Of a DNA stretch of 64,000 nucleotides, positions 43,256 through 51,160 are shown piece by piece. The translations under genes were made by a program, and so were the position numbers. The number at the start of each line of letters is the position of its first letter. Position 1 is the first letter of the stretch. Source of the stretch: a phage; NCBI GenBank assembly GCA_022897995.1, contig GCA_022897995.1_4763.1, one strand, 5' to 3'. The notes under the pieces were generated by a model, which did not search any database, was not told the origin of the DNA, and saw only the letters and a program-made list of their open reading frames with translations.

Positions 43256-43846
43256 ATGTCTAATCTCTTTAACTATGCTAACCCTAGCAACTGGCAGATC
43301 AATATTCCAGATGGTCAACTAACAAAAGGCTTTACTTTAAATGCTCAAGGTGTTACACTTCCTGCTATAACCATTCCACCGACTAAGCAAGTTGCTGGTC
43401 AATATGGTTTGGCGGTCGCTGATTATCCGTCTAGTCATGTAGAGTTTGACCCGTTGGTAGTCCGGTTTATTGTCGATGAGCATTTGGAAAGCTATCTAAA
43501 CCTTTACACATGGATGCTTTCTATAGTAGACTACAATAACGGTAACTCCACTGCGTGGAAGGATTCAATGCCGGAAGCCGTTCAAGTTCACATGATGGAC
43601 AATGAACGCCGTAACATTGTATGCACCTTTAACTTTTATGGTTGTTGGTGTTCACAATTGGGGGAACTTGAGTTAACATACACCGATGATATGCATGAAT
43701 CTCTGGTATGTACTGCAATTCTTCCATTTAAAACAATGAGCATTGAACGTGATGGTCAACTGATCGTTCCTCGCCCTGCAATTCAGGCGGCGGAACGTCA
43801 GCGAGTGGAAGGTATTAAAGCTATGCACCCTGCTTTTAGAAAGTAA
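43256..43846 (+). CDS. 3: putative tail completion / tail tube terminator protein gp3
   Basis: 196 aa; GAGGAA RBS; T4 position between genes 2 and 1; assignment by synteny. Confidence 0.55.
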   Translation: MSNLFNYANPSNWQINIPDGQLTKGFTLNAQGVTLPAITIPPTKQVAGQYGLAVADYPSSHVEFDPLVVRFIVDEHLESYLNLYTWMLSIVDYNNGNSTAWKDSMPEAVQVHMMDNERRNIVCTFNFYGCWCSQLGELELTYTDDMHESLVCTAILPFKTMSIERDGQLIVPRPAIQAAERQRVEGIKAMHPAFRK

Positions 43847-43861
43847 TAAGAGGCTTATATA

Positions 43862-44518
43862 ATGAAATTGATTGCACTTTGTGGTAAAAAGCGAGTAGGA
43901 AAAGACACTGCCGCGTTAATCATTGATGGACATAGTTATCAACTGGCAGCGCCTATCAAAGAAATCTTATGCGAATGTCAACCGGAATTAGGACTGACTT
44001 ATCTTGACTTTGACGGGTTAGGGCGTGACAGAGAAGCCGATCTAGGTATTGATACCTATACCGCGCATAAGTGGTTTATTCAGTGTCTGCTTATGTTAGA
44101 TTCGAAGTATGGCGGTAGTTCCTTTACTTGTGATCGTCTGGCTGAGATTTACAAGGTCGTTAATGAGATCGGCGAAAAACATAATAACGTCTGGTCTATT
44201 CGTCTCATGTTAACCACTCTCGGTACTGATATAATGGTTAACTTGATCAATCCGCTTTATTGGTGTAATCTCTTCGTGAATGAGTTTATGAAGCGCAAAA
44301 ATGAAGAAGGGTATTTTGTAGTGGTTGATGTGCGTCAGCCTATTGAAATTGCTCTCATGCGTTCTATGGGTGCTAAGGTGTTGCATATTCAGCGTGATAC
44401 TGGTATTGTATCGACTCACTCCACCGAAAAAGGAATTGTGCCTATTGACGGTGAAACAATTATCATAAATAATGGTACATTAGAAGAATTTGAAAGCGCG
44501 ATTCTCGCGAACATTTAA
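43862..44518 (+). CDS. 1: deoxynucleoside monophosphate kinase gp1
   Basis: 218 aa; P-loop MKLIALCGKKRVGKDT and ..QLAAPIKE.., ..LGTDIMVN.. match T4 gp1. Confidence 0.85.
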   Translation: MKLIALCGKKRVGKDTAALIIDGHSYQLAAPIKEILCECQPELGLTYLDFDGLGRDREADLGIDTYTAHKWFIQCLLMLDSKYGGSSFTCDRLAEIYKVVNEIGEKHNNVWSIRLMLTTLGTDIMVNLINPLYWCNLFVNEFMKRKNEEGYFVVVDVRQPIEIALMRSMGAKVLHIQRDTGIVSTHSTEKGIVPIDGETIIINNGTLEEFESAILANI

Positions 44519-44550
44519 TAAAAAGTTATCAACAAGTAGGAGATGTGAAT

Positions 44551-44811
44551 ATGTCCAATCAGCATGAACAAATGATTAATGTCCTGAAAGTACGTCTGTT
44601 TGACACTCAAGAAAAGGCCGCATTCTTAGAAGGCCAACTGAAAGATCGTGAGCGTGTATTAATGGAACTGGTACGCATTCTTGGTATTCAGCCAGACGAA
44701 AACGGCACTGTTTCCCTTGATGCTATTGTCGAAGAAGTAAAAGCACTTCTCCCTAAAGACGAAGCAGCGGAAGACGCTAAAGAGGAAGTAGAACTGATCA
44801 CGGAGGCTTGA
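44551..44811 (+). CDS. 57A: tail fiber assembly chaperone gp57A
   Basis: 86 aa coiled-coil; AGGAG RBS then ATG 44551 (ORF track starts GTG 44545); T4 position between 1 and 57B. Confidence 0.55.
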   Translation: MSNQHEQMINVLKVRLFDTQEKAAFLEGQLKDRERVLMELVRILGIQPDENGTVSLDAIVEEVKALLPKDEAAEDAKEEVELITEA

Positions 44812-44813
44812 TT

Positions 44814-45278
44814 ATGACCCCGTTTCGAGAATCCGTTAAAGGTACATATGCGGCGGTTAAATTCACTGAGGATACACTAGACCGCATTGAAAAATTGCAG
44901 GAGTTCTACGATCTGCCTAATGCCGTTCCTCGTGATAAACTGCATAGCACTATCTTATATTCTCGTGTTTATGTTCCGTTTATCCCAGAAGAAGGGGAGA
45001 AGTTCTTAGGCTCTCTATGCCATCTGAAAGTGTTTGAAACTCAATCCGGTACTAATGCGCTTGTGTTGGCATTTGAAAGCGACTACATGCAATTCAGACA
45101 CGATATCGGCACTGCTTTAGGTGCGACGTGGGATTATCCTGAATATGTACCGCATATCACGCTTTCTTATGATGTTGGTGCGCGTAAATTTGGCACTGAC
45201 CTAGAGTTCGATTTAGAGATTGTCCGATCTCATGAGTATGTCGAAGATCTAGACCTGGAGTGGACGACCAAACTGTAA
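44814..45278 (+). CDS. 57B: 2H phosphoesterase, 57B/Acb1-like (anti-CBASS nuclease candidate)
   Basis: 154 aa from ATG 44814 (GGAGG RBS); two H-x-T/S-x motifs (HSTILYS and HITLSY); T4 57B position. Confidence 0.6.
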   Translation: MTPFRESVKGTYAAVKFTEDTLDRIEKLQEFYDLPNAVPRDKLHSTILYSRVYVPFIPEEGEKFLGSLCHLKVFETQSGTNALVLAFESDYMQFRHDIGTALGATWDYPEYVPHITLSYDVGARKFGTDLEFDLEIVRSHEYVEDLDLEWTTKL

Positions 45279-45285
45279 TTTTATA

Positions 45286-45316
45286 CCCCGAAATTTTTTC
45301 GGGGTTTTTTGTTTTT
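45286..45316 (+). terminator. intrinsic terminator
   Basis: CCCCGAAA-TTT-TTTCGGGG hairpin plus T-run. Confidence 0.7.
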
Positions 45317-45321
45317 ATGTG

Positions 45322-45350
45322 TTGACAACCATAAACGACTATAGCATAAT
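45322..45350 (+). promoter_or_regulatory. sigma70-type early promoter (PeSL-like cassette)
   Basis: TTGACA 45322-45327, 17-bp spacer, CATAAT 45345-45350; conserved leader ..CATCGAAACGAAACAC..AGGAGAATCAAAATG. Confidence 0.65.
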
Positions 45351-45387
45351 GCACACATCGAAACGAAACACACTTAGGAGAATCAAA

Positions 45388-45765
45388 ATGATGATGATGT
45401 TTAAAGATAAATTCGAATGTCACTACACCCGTAACTTTGACTTAGTATCCCGCTACTACATTCATAAAGAAACTGGCACGCAAGTAGTTCTTGAATCTCA
45501 CAGCGAAGTAGGATTCGATTCAACAAAAGTAGCAATTAGTGCTCGCTTCTGGGATAACGGCAAATTTGCTTATGTTGCTTGGAACGACGACGAAAATGTA
45601 ATTACAGTAGCTTTCGGTGATGACTACTACACTAAAAAGACTTTCGATAGCAAGCCATCAAATGAATACCTGAAAGCGTATGTTCAGCACATGTTCCAAC
45701 GTGTTCTGACCGGAATGGAAATCAATGTCATGAAAGACATTGTAGACGAAGTAAAATATTCTTAA
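45388..45765 (+). CDS. hypothetical protein (125 aa)
   Basis: AGGAG RBS then ATG 45388 (ORF track starts 45319). Confidence 0.55.
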   Translation: MMMMFKDKFECHYTRNFDLVSRYYIHKETGTQVVLESHSEVGFDSTKVAISARFWDNGKFAYVAWNDDENVITVAFGDDYYTKKTFDSKPSNEYLKAYVQHMFQRVLTGMEINVMKDIVDEVKYS

Positions 45766-45772
45766 AAAATAG

Positions 45773-45801
45773 TTGACAACATGAAACGGGGGTAGTAAGA
45801 T
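45773..45801 (+). promoter_or_regulatory. sigma70-type early promoter with spacer hairpin (PeSL-like)
   Basis: TTGACA 45773-45778, TAAGAT 45796-45801; inverted repeat GGGGGTA..TACCCCC 45788-45807. Confidence 0.55.
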
Positions 45802-45832
45802 ACCCCCACAAACAGACGAAAGGAGAATCAAG

Positions 45833-45991
45833 ATGAAATTTATCGGTAAAACTTTTATGTTCGTAGCTGGTACTCTGTTTACTGCAACTCTGTTAGCTGG
45901 TGGCTTAGATATCTTTACTGCCTTTGAAACTTTCGGGTATACTGTAGCATCGGGTGCTCTCTTCGGATTGGGTTTAGCGATTAGCAAATAA
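45833..45991 (+). CDS. small membrane protein (52 aa)
   Basis: AGGAG RBS then ATG 45833; hydrophobic MKFIGKTFMFVAGTLFTATLLAGG..; below ORF-track size cutoff. Confidence 0.45.
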   Translation: MKFIGKTFMFVAGTLFTATLLAGGLDIFTAFETFGYTVASGALFGLGLAISK

Positions 45992-46000
45992 GGTGATAAT

Positions 46001-46204
46001 ATGGAATTGGATATGGTTAAAGCAAAATTTATGGGTAAGGATAAGAAAGGTAAAACATTTGTTATTAATAGAACATTGTTTCGATCTGACCTTAAGTGGG
46101 TAACACAACAATTTGCGGAAGTCAACGAGGCGGTAGTGACCTGCTTTGTTGGTGATAAGAAAGTTTTTGAAATTGACCGTCGTGGGGTGTCTAATGATCG
46201 CTAA
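46001..46204 (+). CDS. hypothetical protein (67 aa)
   Basis: AAGGTG RBS then ATG 46001. Confidence 0.5.
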   Translation: MELDMVKAKFMGKDKKGKTFVINRTLFRSDLKWVTQQFAEVNEAVVTCFVGDKKVFEIDRRGVSNDR

Positions 46205-46391
46205 ACTGTTTAGCAATACTTTGTTTCTGATTGCATTTGTTTTCTTTCTGTGTCTGATCATCGGTGTGATTGCAGTCGGTAGTTATTCCGGTATTACAAT
46301 AGATGATTTTTGTATGTTGGTTTTCTTTTCAAGTGTTCCTACACTCCTGATCGCTGTATGTGGTGCTTTTAGATGGATCTGTGATCTATGA
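46194..46391 (+). CDS. small membrane protein (65 aa)
   Basis: GTGGGGTG RBS then ATG 46194 overlapping upstream stop; two predicted TM helices. Confidence 0.45.
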   Translation: MIAKLFSNTLFLIAFVFFLCLIIGVIAVGSYSGITIDDFCMLVFFSSVPTLLIAVCGAFRWICDL

Positions 46392-46494
46392 CTGAACAGG
46401 AACGAATGATGTTGATAGGTGGACCGGAGTTCACTAAATTTGATGCAATTCTTATTGCGTTGGGGTTTCTTATGATCTGTTGTATGGTGGCGCT

Positions 46495-46719
46495 ATGAGT
46501 AGCATAAAATATTTTGCTTTCTTGTGTTTTATGATGTTCTTTACATTCCTTGCATGTGTTTTCTTTACATGGCTTGCTCATGTTGATAATGCAACCGGAC
46601 CGTTTTACTTCTTCTGTGTATTGTCTGTGTTGACTGGTGCTCTTGTTACGTGGATGATTCGAGATTGTTACGGAATGTATAAGTTTGAAAAGACTCGACC
46701 GAAATGGGGCAAACGATGA
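46495..46719 (+). CDS. small membrane protein (74 aa)
   Basis: ATG 46495 after GGTGG; hydrophobic; ORF track starts TTG 46480. Confidence 0.45.
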   Translation: MSSIKYFAFLCFMMFFTFLACVFFTWLAHVDNATGPFYFFCVLSVLTGALVTWMIRDCYGMYKFEKTRPKWGKR

Positions 46720-46898
46720 AATTATTTGCGTGGCTAATTATTTTAAATGTAATTATTAAGACTGTTCTCGCTGGTTTACTGATGATACATAGCACGGAAC
46801 CAGAAGAAGCATTAACGTATTGTGTTGCTTATGTGTTGGGATTCTTGCTTACTGCGTGGATGTGTGATGAATATCGAAGAATTGAGGTAAAACCATGA
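46716..46898 (+). CDS. small membrane protein (60 aa)
   Basis: ATG 46716 (ORF track starts 46704); hydrophobic. Confidence 0.4.
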   Translation: MKLFAWLIILNVIIKTVLAGLLMIHSTEPEEALTYCVAYVLGFLLTAWMCDEYRRIEVKP

Positions 46899-47113
46899 AA
46901 ATGACCTTTTATATCTTAGCAAGTATCATGCTTGTGATCTCTTCTGCCTTATTTGCATTTCTTACCGTTTGGGGGATCTGCACTGACGCGAAACCGTGGG
47001 ATATAGTAGAAAATACGGTTATGTTTATTATCAGTGTCATGTGTCTTTTTGATGCATTTAACTCTATCAAGGAAGAAGATCAAAAACGTCGCGAGAGAAA
47101 GCGATATAAATAA
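46895..47113 (+). CDS. small membrane protein (72 aa)
   Basis: GAGGT RBS then ATG 46895; hydrophobic N-terminal two thirds. Confidence 0.5.
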   Translation: MKMTFYILASIMLVISSALFAFLTVWGICTDAKPWDIVENTVMFIISVMCLFDAFNSIKEEDQKRRERKRYK

Positions 47114-47261
47114 TAGTGAACTAAAGACAGCGCGGTTAGAATGATTTGGACGTCACCTAGCCGCATTTATTACAGCGTATGGGGTGATCCGGTACGCTAA
47201 AGCATTCACTTGCTAGGCCGCTAGCAGGTTGGAGACAAGGAAGATTCGCTACCTTCCCTAT

Positions 47262-47288
47262 AAGCCACTCTTCGGAGTGGCTTTTTTA
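47262..47288 (+). terminator. intrinsic terminator
   Basis: AAGCCACTC-TTCG-GAGTGGCTT hairpin plus T6. Confidence 0.7.
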
Positions 47289-47313
47289 TTGCCTAAATTT
47301 TTTAAAAAAGTTG

Positions 47314-47342
47314 TTGACACCAGATCACGCCTATAGCATAAT
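47314..47342 (+). promoter_or_regulatory. sigma70-type early promoter (PeSL-like)
   Basis: TTGACA 47314-47319, 17-bp spacer, CATAAT 47337-47342; conserved leader CCATCGAAACGAAACACAC. Confidence 0.65.
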
Positions 47343-47388
47343 ACACCCATCGAAACGAAACACACTTTCTAACTAGGAGAATCAAATT

Positions 47389-47574
47389 ATGGCACGTCGC
47401 ATCACTAAAGCACTGAAAGCAGTAAGCAAAGAAAACGTAGTAGCTATTCTGGTCATCTGGGGTTATAACGAAGAATCCGCTAAACAGAAAGTTGAAGCAG
47501 GGTTTGAACTGGCAGTAAAAGCAATGCCGAATGATGACTCTGTAGGACTGGCAAACTATATTGCATATTTCTGA
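47389..47574 (+). CDS. hypothetical protein (61 aa)
   Basis: AGGAG RBS then ATG 47389. Confidence 0.5.
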   Translation: MARRITKALKAVSKENVVAILVIWGYNEESAKQKVEAGFELAVKAMPNDDSVGLANYIAYF

Positions 47575-47582
47575 TAAAAGTG

Positions 47583-47611
47583 TTGACAGGGGAGGATAAC
47601 TCCCCTACAAT
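47583..47611 (+). promoter_or_regulatory. sigma70-type early promoter with spacer hairpin (PeSL-like)
   Basis: TTGACA 47583-47588, TACAAT 47606-47611; spacer inverted repeat GGGGAGGATAACTCCCC. Confidence 0.6.
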
Positions 47612-47640
47612 ATAACCATCAACGAAACGGGAGGACCAAA

Positions 47641-47862
47641 ATGATTAACTTTAAAGACGCAGCAAAAGAAATTATCGACTTTGAGCGTGAACTGTTTGAG
47701 ATGGAACCAAATATGAGTAAACTGGAATTGGCTAACCAGATCTGGTGCTCTAAGATGAATCCATCCGACCGCTTAGAAGTTATGAACATCGTCGGAGAAG
47801 TGAAAGGTAGTGCATTAATGAAACTCCGCGCTTGTCACGCTTACATCGCTGATCAACTATAA
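47641..47862 (+). CDS. hypothetical protein (73 aa)
   Basis: GGGAGG RBS then ATG 47641. Confidence 0.5.
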   Translation: MINFKDAAKEIIDFERELFEMEPNMSKLELANQIWCSKMNPSDRLEVMNIVGEVKGSALMKLRACHAYIADQL

Positions 47863-47871
47863 GGGGGTAAT

Positions 47872-48066
47872 ATGGGGGATAAACCATTAGTACAACTAAG
47901 AGTACGCTATAACCAGATTTTAGCATTACTTAAAGCTGAGGGTGTAGATCCATCGGACCGCGAGGCTGTAAAAGCGTGTCTATCTGATACGGTACAACCA
48001 AAACAGAACTATGCTTGCTATATGTACTTTTACAATAGGTTTAATAGACCGTTTGAGTTTGAATAA
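47872..48066 (+). CDS. hypothetical protein (64 aa)
   Basis: AAGGGGG RBS then ATG 47872. Confidence 0.5.
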   Translation: MGDKPLVQLRVRYNQILALLKAEGVDPSDREAVKACLSDTVQPKQNYACYMYFYNRFNRPFEFE

Positions 48067-48088
48067 CGTTAAATGCTGAGGTGAGAAC

Positions 48089-48289
48089 ATGGATATTAAA
48101 GAGCAACTTGTATTAGTTCGAGAGTCTGCGAAAGAGCATGGCATGAGCGAAGAATTTGTTGAATGGTTTATCGATAACAAATTTAATCCAAGCCCAAATT
48201 CGACTTTTAACTATTTGGCTATGTCGATCATGTGGGAAGGTTGGAAAGGCGCGGTAGAAACTGTCCTAGAAATTATGAAAAAAGATTAA
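48089..48289 (+). CDS. hypothetical protein (66 aa)
   Basis: GAGGTGAG RBS then ATG 48089. Confidence 0.5.
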   Translation: MDIKEQLVLVRESAKEHGMSEEFVEWFIDNKFNPSPNSTFNYLAMSIMWEGWKGAVETVLEIMKKD

Positions 48290-48297
48290 AAAAGTTG

Positions 48298-48326
48298 TTG
48301 ACACACGAGAGGGTGTATAGCATAAT
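48298..48326 (+). promoter_or_regulatory. sigma70-type early promoter (PeSL-like)
   Basis: TTGACA 48298-48303, 17-bp spacer, CATAAT 48321-48326. Confidence 0.65.
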
Positions 48327-48360
48327 GCACCCATCGAAACGAGAAGATATGGGAGTCAAA

Positions 48361-48504
48361 ATGCCAATTTTTAAATTACAAGCAATGGGTTGTATTGTTG
48401 GTTTGTTCAAAACAAGAGAGAAGCTAAACAATGCCATTGATAAAATCCTTAAAGATAACCCAGATGCAAAGTCTTCTATACAGGTTTGGATTGTCTGGGA
48501 TTGA
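48361..48504 (+). CDS. hypothetical small protein (47 aa)
   Basis: GGGAG RBS then ATG 48361 (ORF track starts 48232). Confidence 0.4.
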   Translation: MPIFKLQAMGCIVGLFKTREKLNNAIDKILKDNPDAKSSIQVWIVWD

Positions 48505-48606
48505 TACATTAAACTAGAAAATAGCACTTTTTGTTAAAACTTAATGAGGTGGCTAGAGTATAGTTACCTCATCGAAACGAAACACGAACTACTAAGGAGT
48601 ATCAAA

Positions 48607-48933
48607 ATGAAACCAGTATCTGTTAAAGTTATCTTCTCTGAATCTTCTGTATTCGCTAACGCAAACGAAGTATTCCACTTCGAAGACTTCGAGCGTAAAG
48701 CACAGGACGCGGCAGCAAAAGCCTATGAAAGCGAATATGACAAAACTCAAATCGAGGTTACTTTCGAAAACGGCACTACTTACGCTTGCCGCCTTGACTT
48801 GGGTGATCGTCTGTCTGGCTTCCGTCACCATGTAGAGAAGACAATCGCTTTCTCTAAAACCGAAAAAGGAAAACACTACTTTTCTGTATTCGGTACTGAA
48901 AATCTGGATTTCTTGAAAACGGTTTCTTTCTAA
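48607..48933 (+). CDS. hypothetical protein (108 aa)
   Basis: AAGGAG RBS then ATG 48607 (ORF track starts 48544); conserved leader CATCGAAACGAAACAC upstream. Confidence 0.55.
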   Translation: MKPVSVKVIFSESSVFANANEVFHFEDFERKAQDAAAKAYESEYDKTQIEVTFENGTTYACRLDLGDRLSGFRHHVEKTIAFSKTEKGKHYFSVFGTENLDFLKTVSF

Positions 48934-48941
48934 GGTATATT

Positions 48942-49124
48942 ATGAAAAAGATTAATTGGTTAGCGAACATAGGCGCGGTATGCGCCTTTAACATCCTCGG
49001 ATGGATAATGTTACATTTTGATGAGCGAGTTTCAAAATGTGACGGTGTATTGATTCTCGGATCGGCTAGCATATTCATTATGCTGTATGCAATTGCTGTT
49101 GACTTAAGCCGCGAGGATTGTTAA
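48942..49124 (+). CDS. small membrane protein (60 aa)
   Basis: AAGG RBS then ATG 48942; hydrophobic. Confidence 0.45.
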   Translation: MKKINWLANIGAVCAFNILGWIMLHFDERVSKCDGVLILGSASIFIMLYAIAVDLSREDC

Positions 49125-49125
49125 T

Positions 49126-49323
49126 ATGACGCTCAAGAGTATGTTTTTCAACTTCATAGGTGCTTCCATTCTTTCAATGCTATATCTTGTGACTGTATGG
49201 ATGGGCGACTATGAATTAACTAACGATGAAAATCTGACCGTGTTTACTGTCTTGACGATGATCATTTACACTGTCTTTCTTGTCTTGGATTTTATTGTGT
49301 TTCTTTACAAAACGGTGACTTGA
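49126..49323 (+). CDS. small membrane protein (65 aa)
   Basis: GAGGA RBS then ATG 49126; two predicted TM helices. Confidence 0.45.
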   Translation: MTLKSMFFNFIGASILSMLYLVTVWMGDYELTNDENLTVFTVLTMIIYTVFLVLDFIVFLYKTVT

Positions 49324-49520
49324 TGACGATTAGGAAAAATGATATTGGTTTTGTTGCGGGTATCGCTAGCGTCTTTACTGTTGTTATTTTGCTAATGCTT
49401 TTACCCGGTGTATTCTCTGACCAGATTGAATTGTATGTAGCTTTTATCTGTTGCATTTATACTTGGCTTGCAATGTTTGTGATTAGTCTAATTATGCAAT
49501 TCGTCGTTAACAAATTTTAG
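49323..49520 (+). CDS. small membrane protein (65 aa)
   Basis: ATG 49323 after GGTGA (ORF track starts TTG 49320); hydrophobic. Confidence 0.45.
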   Translation: MTIRKNDIGFVAGIASVFTVVILLMLLPGVFSDQIELYVAFICCIYTWLAMFVISLIMQFVVNKF

Positions 49521-49541
49521 ATTTAATGTGAGGATTATATT

Positions 49542-49862
49542 ATGAGCAAACTGTTTGAAACTCCGCGTGAAATTCTGATTGATAAGCTGAAAGAACGTGG
49601 TTTTAAAATTAAAGATGCAACCAAATACAGCCGAATTGATGAAATTAAGTTGCATTCTCTTGATGAACTAGTAGAATATGTTGCGGCAGTGGCTGATCCG
49701 CAGTTTGATGTGATTGTAGGTGACGTTGAATATCTCGATAATGTATATTCATTCTTCACTTATGGTAAAATTGTGTCTGTGAAAATTTCATTCTGTGAAA
49801 ATGTGGAGGTGCTTGCTAGTGAACCAGAAAAACCAACTGACAACGGTCCTACGGCAGCGTAA
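49542..49862 (+). CDS. hypothetical protein (106 aa)
   Basis: GTGAGGA RBS then ATG 49542. Confidence 0.55.
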   Translation: MSKLFETPREILIDKLKERGFKIKDATKYSRIDEIKLHSLDELVEYVAAVADPQFDVIVGDVEYLDNVYSFFTYGKIVSVKISFCENVEVLASEPEKPTDNGPTAA

Positions 49863-50133
49863 CAAGGAAGACCGTCTGATTTATGCGCTGGCGGTTATCC
49901 TTGAAAAAGAATTACCGGATCTTGAGGTAGTTTTTACTGACAGACCAGTAGGCCAACGTTACGGAGGATATGATAGCCTAGTTTATCCATCCTATAGCCT
50001 TGAAATGTGGGTAGAAGATTTTAAAAACTTGGCTGATGCATCTAAACCGCTTTATTTGTGGGATGTTGAGTATAATTGCGATCCCACTTGGCCTGGTATT
50101 AATGTTTATGCGTCTATGACTTTAAAGGTGTGA
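49801..50133 (+). CDS. hypothetical protein (start uncertain)
   Basis: ORF-track ORF overlapping the upstream gene by ~60 nt; no clear RBS; true start may be downstream. Confidence 0.3.
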   Translation: MWRCLLVNQKNQLTTVLRQRNKEDRLIYALAVILEKELPDLEVVFTDRPVGQRYGGYDSLVYPSYSLEMWVEDFKNLADASKPLYLWDVEYNCDPTWPGINVYASMTLKV

Positions 50134-50135
50134 TA

Positions 50136-50294
50136 ATGGTTGAACAAATGTTAACTTCACTGGTAATGGCTTTCTGTATGGTTGTTGTTATGATTGCTGT
50201 GATCCCTAAAGAGAGAATGAATCTGCTTGTCGCTGTCTGTGTGGGCGTTGTTTGTGGATGGTTTGGGATCGCGCTAGAACAAGCTCTGCGTTGA
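50136..50294 (+). CDS. small membrane protein (52 aa)
   Basis: AAGGTG RBS then ATG 50136; hydrophobic MVEQMLTSLVMAFCMVVVMIAV..; below ORF-track cutoff. Confidence 0.4.
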   Translation: MVEQMLTSLVMAFCMVVVMIAVIPKERMNLLVAVCVGVVCGWFGIALEQALR

Positions 50295-50356
50295 TTAACA
50301 AAGCGGGTAGGGGTAATTTACTACCCGCATTAAATTAGCTCACTGGAGGGCTTTCT

Positions 50357-50545
50357 GTGGCGTTTTATCTATGGTTGCTTATAGTATGCTTTGTAATGGG
50401 GTTATGCTTCTATACTGGCGTATTCTGTTTGATCGACTGGATAAACGGTGGATTCTCTAATATCATTTTGCTAGCCGGATCAATCGCCTCGTTTCTGTTG
50501 ATATGGCTTTTTTCTTATTTGTTTGGTGAATGGGGTTTATTATGA
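50357..50545 (+). CDS. small membrane protein (62 aa)
   Basis: GGAGGG RBS 6 nt before GTG 50357; hydrophobic. Confidence 0.45.
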   Translation: MAFYLWLLIVCFVMGLCFYTGVFCLIDWINGGFSNIILLAGSIASFLLIWLFSYLFGEWGLL

Positions 50546-50721
50546 ACAAATATATGTTTTGGGCGACCCTTGCCTATGTTGTGATTGCGGTAGTCTGGGG
50601 ATTCTGTGTTATTGTCGCTTCCCTGATCTGGTGGGAATCGCTTGGCGCGGGTTGTCTGATTAGCGGTGCATCCTCTCTTATCATGGGTGTGATTGTTGGT
50701 TTTCTTATTTGGGAGGATTGA
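50530..50721 (+). CDS. small membrane protein (63 aa; alternative start ATG 50542)
   Basis: Overlaps the upstream gene; two predicted TM helices. Confidence 0.4.
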   Translation: MGFIMNKYMFWATLAYVVIAVVWGFCVIVASLIWWESLGAGCLISGASSLIMGVIVGFLIWED

Positions 50722-50723
50722 CA

Positions 50724-50939
50724 ATGGTTTTCTTCGGTCTTATTATAATGGTGCTTAATGTCATTTGTGGTGTTGCTATGTTAGCTATGGCCTTTACTGT
50801 TCCTATGTCTGTTGACAGCGCCGCATCCGTAGGTGTGTTGGGAATTGTAAACCTGTTTACTGCCATAGCATGTTGGATCACCGGACGCGATGAGGTAATG
50901 TATTACTTTTATAAACGTAAACAGAGAAAAGGAAAATAA
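50724..50939 (+). CDS. small membrane protein (71 aa)
   Basis: GGGAGGA RBS then ATG 50724 (ORF track starts TTG 50709); two TM helices. Confidence 0.5.
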   Translation: MVFFGLIIMVLNVICGVAMLAMAFTVPMSVDSAASVGVLGIVNLFTAIACWITGRDEVMYYFYKRKQRKGK

Positions 50940-50940
50940 T

Positions 50941-51132
50941 ATGAGATTTGCATTTGGTTTTACCGTGATGTTGATTATTGCTCTGAGTATGTGTACCGGA
51001 ATGCTTGTATTTGGTCTTGCAAACGGGTTTAGCATTTATAATAATCAGTGGGTTGATTGGGGAATGGTTGCTGTTAATGCGATCCTGATTGGTGCTAATA
51101 CAAGAACTCTATGCAGGATCACAGGAATCTAA
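50941..51132 (+). CDS. small membrane protein (63 aa)
   Basis: AAAGGAAA RBS then ATG 50941; hydrophobic. Confidence 0.45.
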   Translation: MRFAFGFTVMLIIALSMCTGMLVFGLANGFSIYNNQWVDWGMVAVNAILIGANTRTLCRITGI

Positions 51133-51160
51133 ATATTATCACTCACAAAGGGGGTGAATA

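Noticed and set aside
47114-47290. tRNA gene in the structured non-coding stretch (also checked 3421-3799 and 43067-43255)
   Set aside because: No GTTCRANYC T-loop or cloverleaf arrangement found; reported only as a possible small RNA.
48530-48571. A further promoter copy upstream of the ORF at 48607
   Set aside because: The -35 (TTGTTA) and -10 (TATAGT) are degenerate with a ~22-bp spacer; only the conserved leader and an inverted repeat (TGAGGT..ACCTCA) are clear, so it was not called as a promoter.
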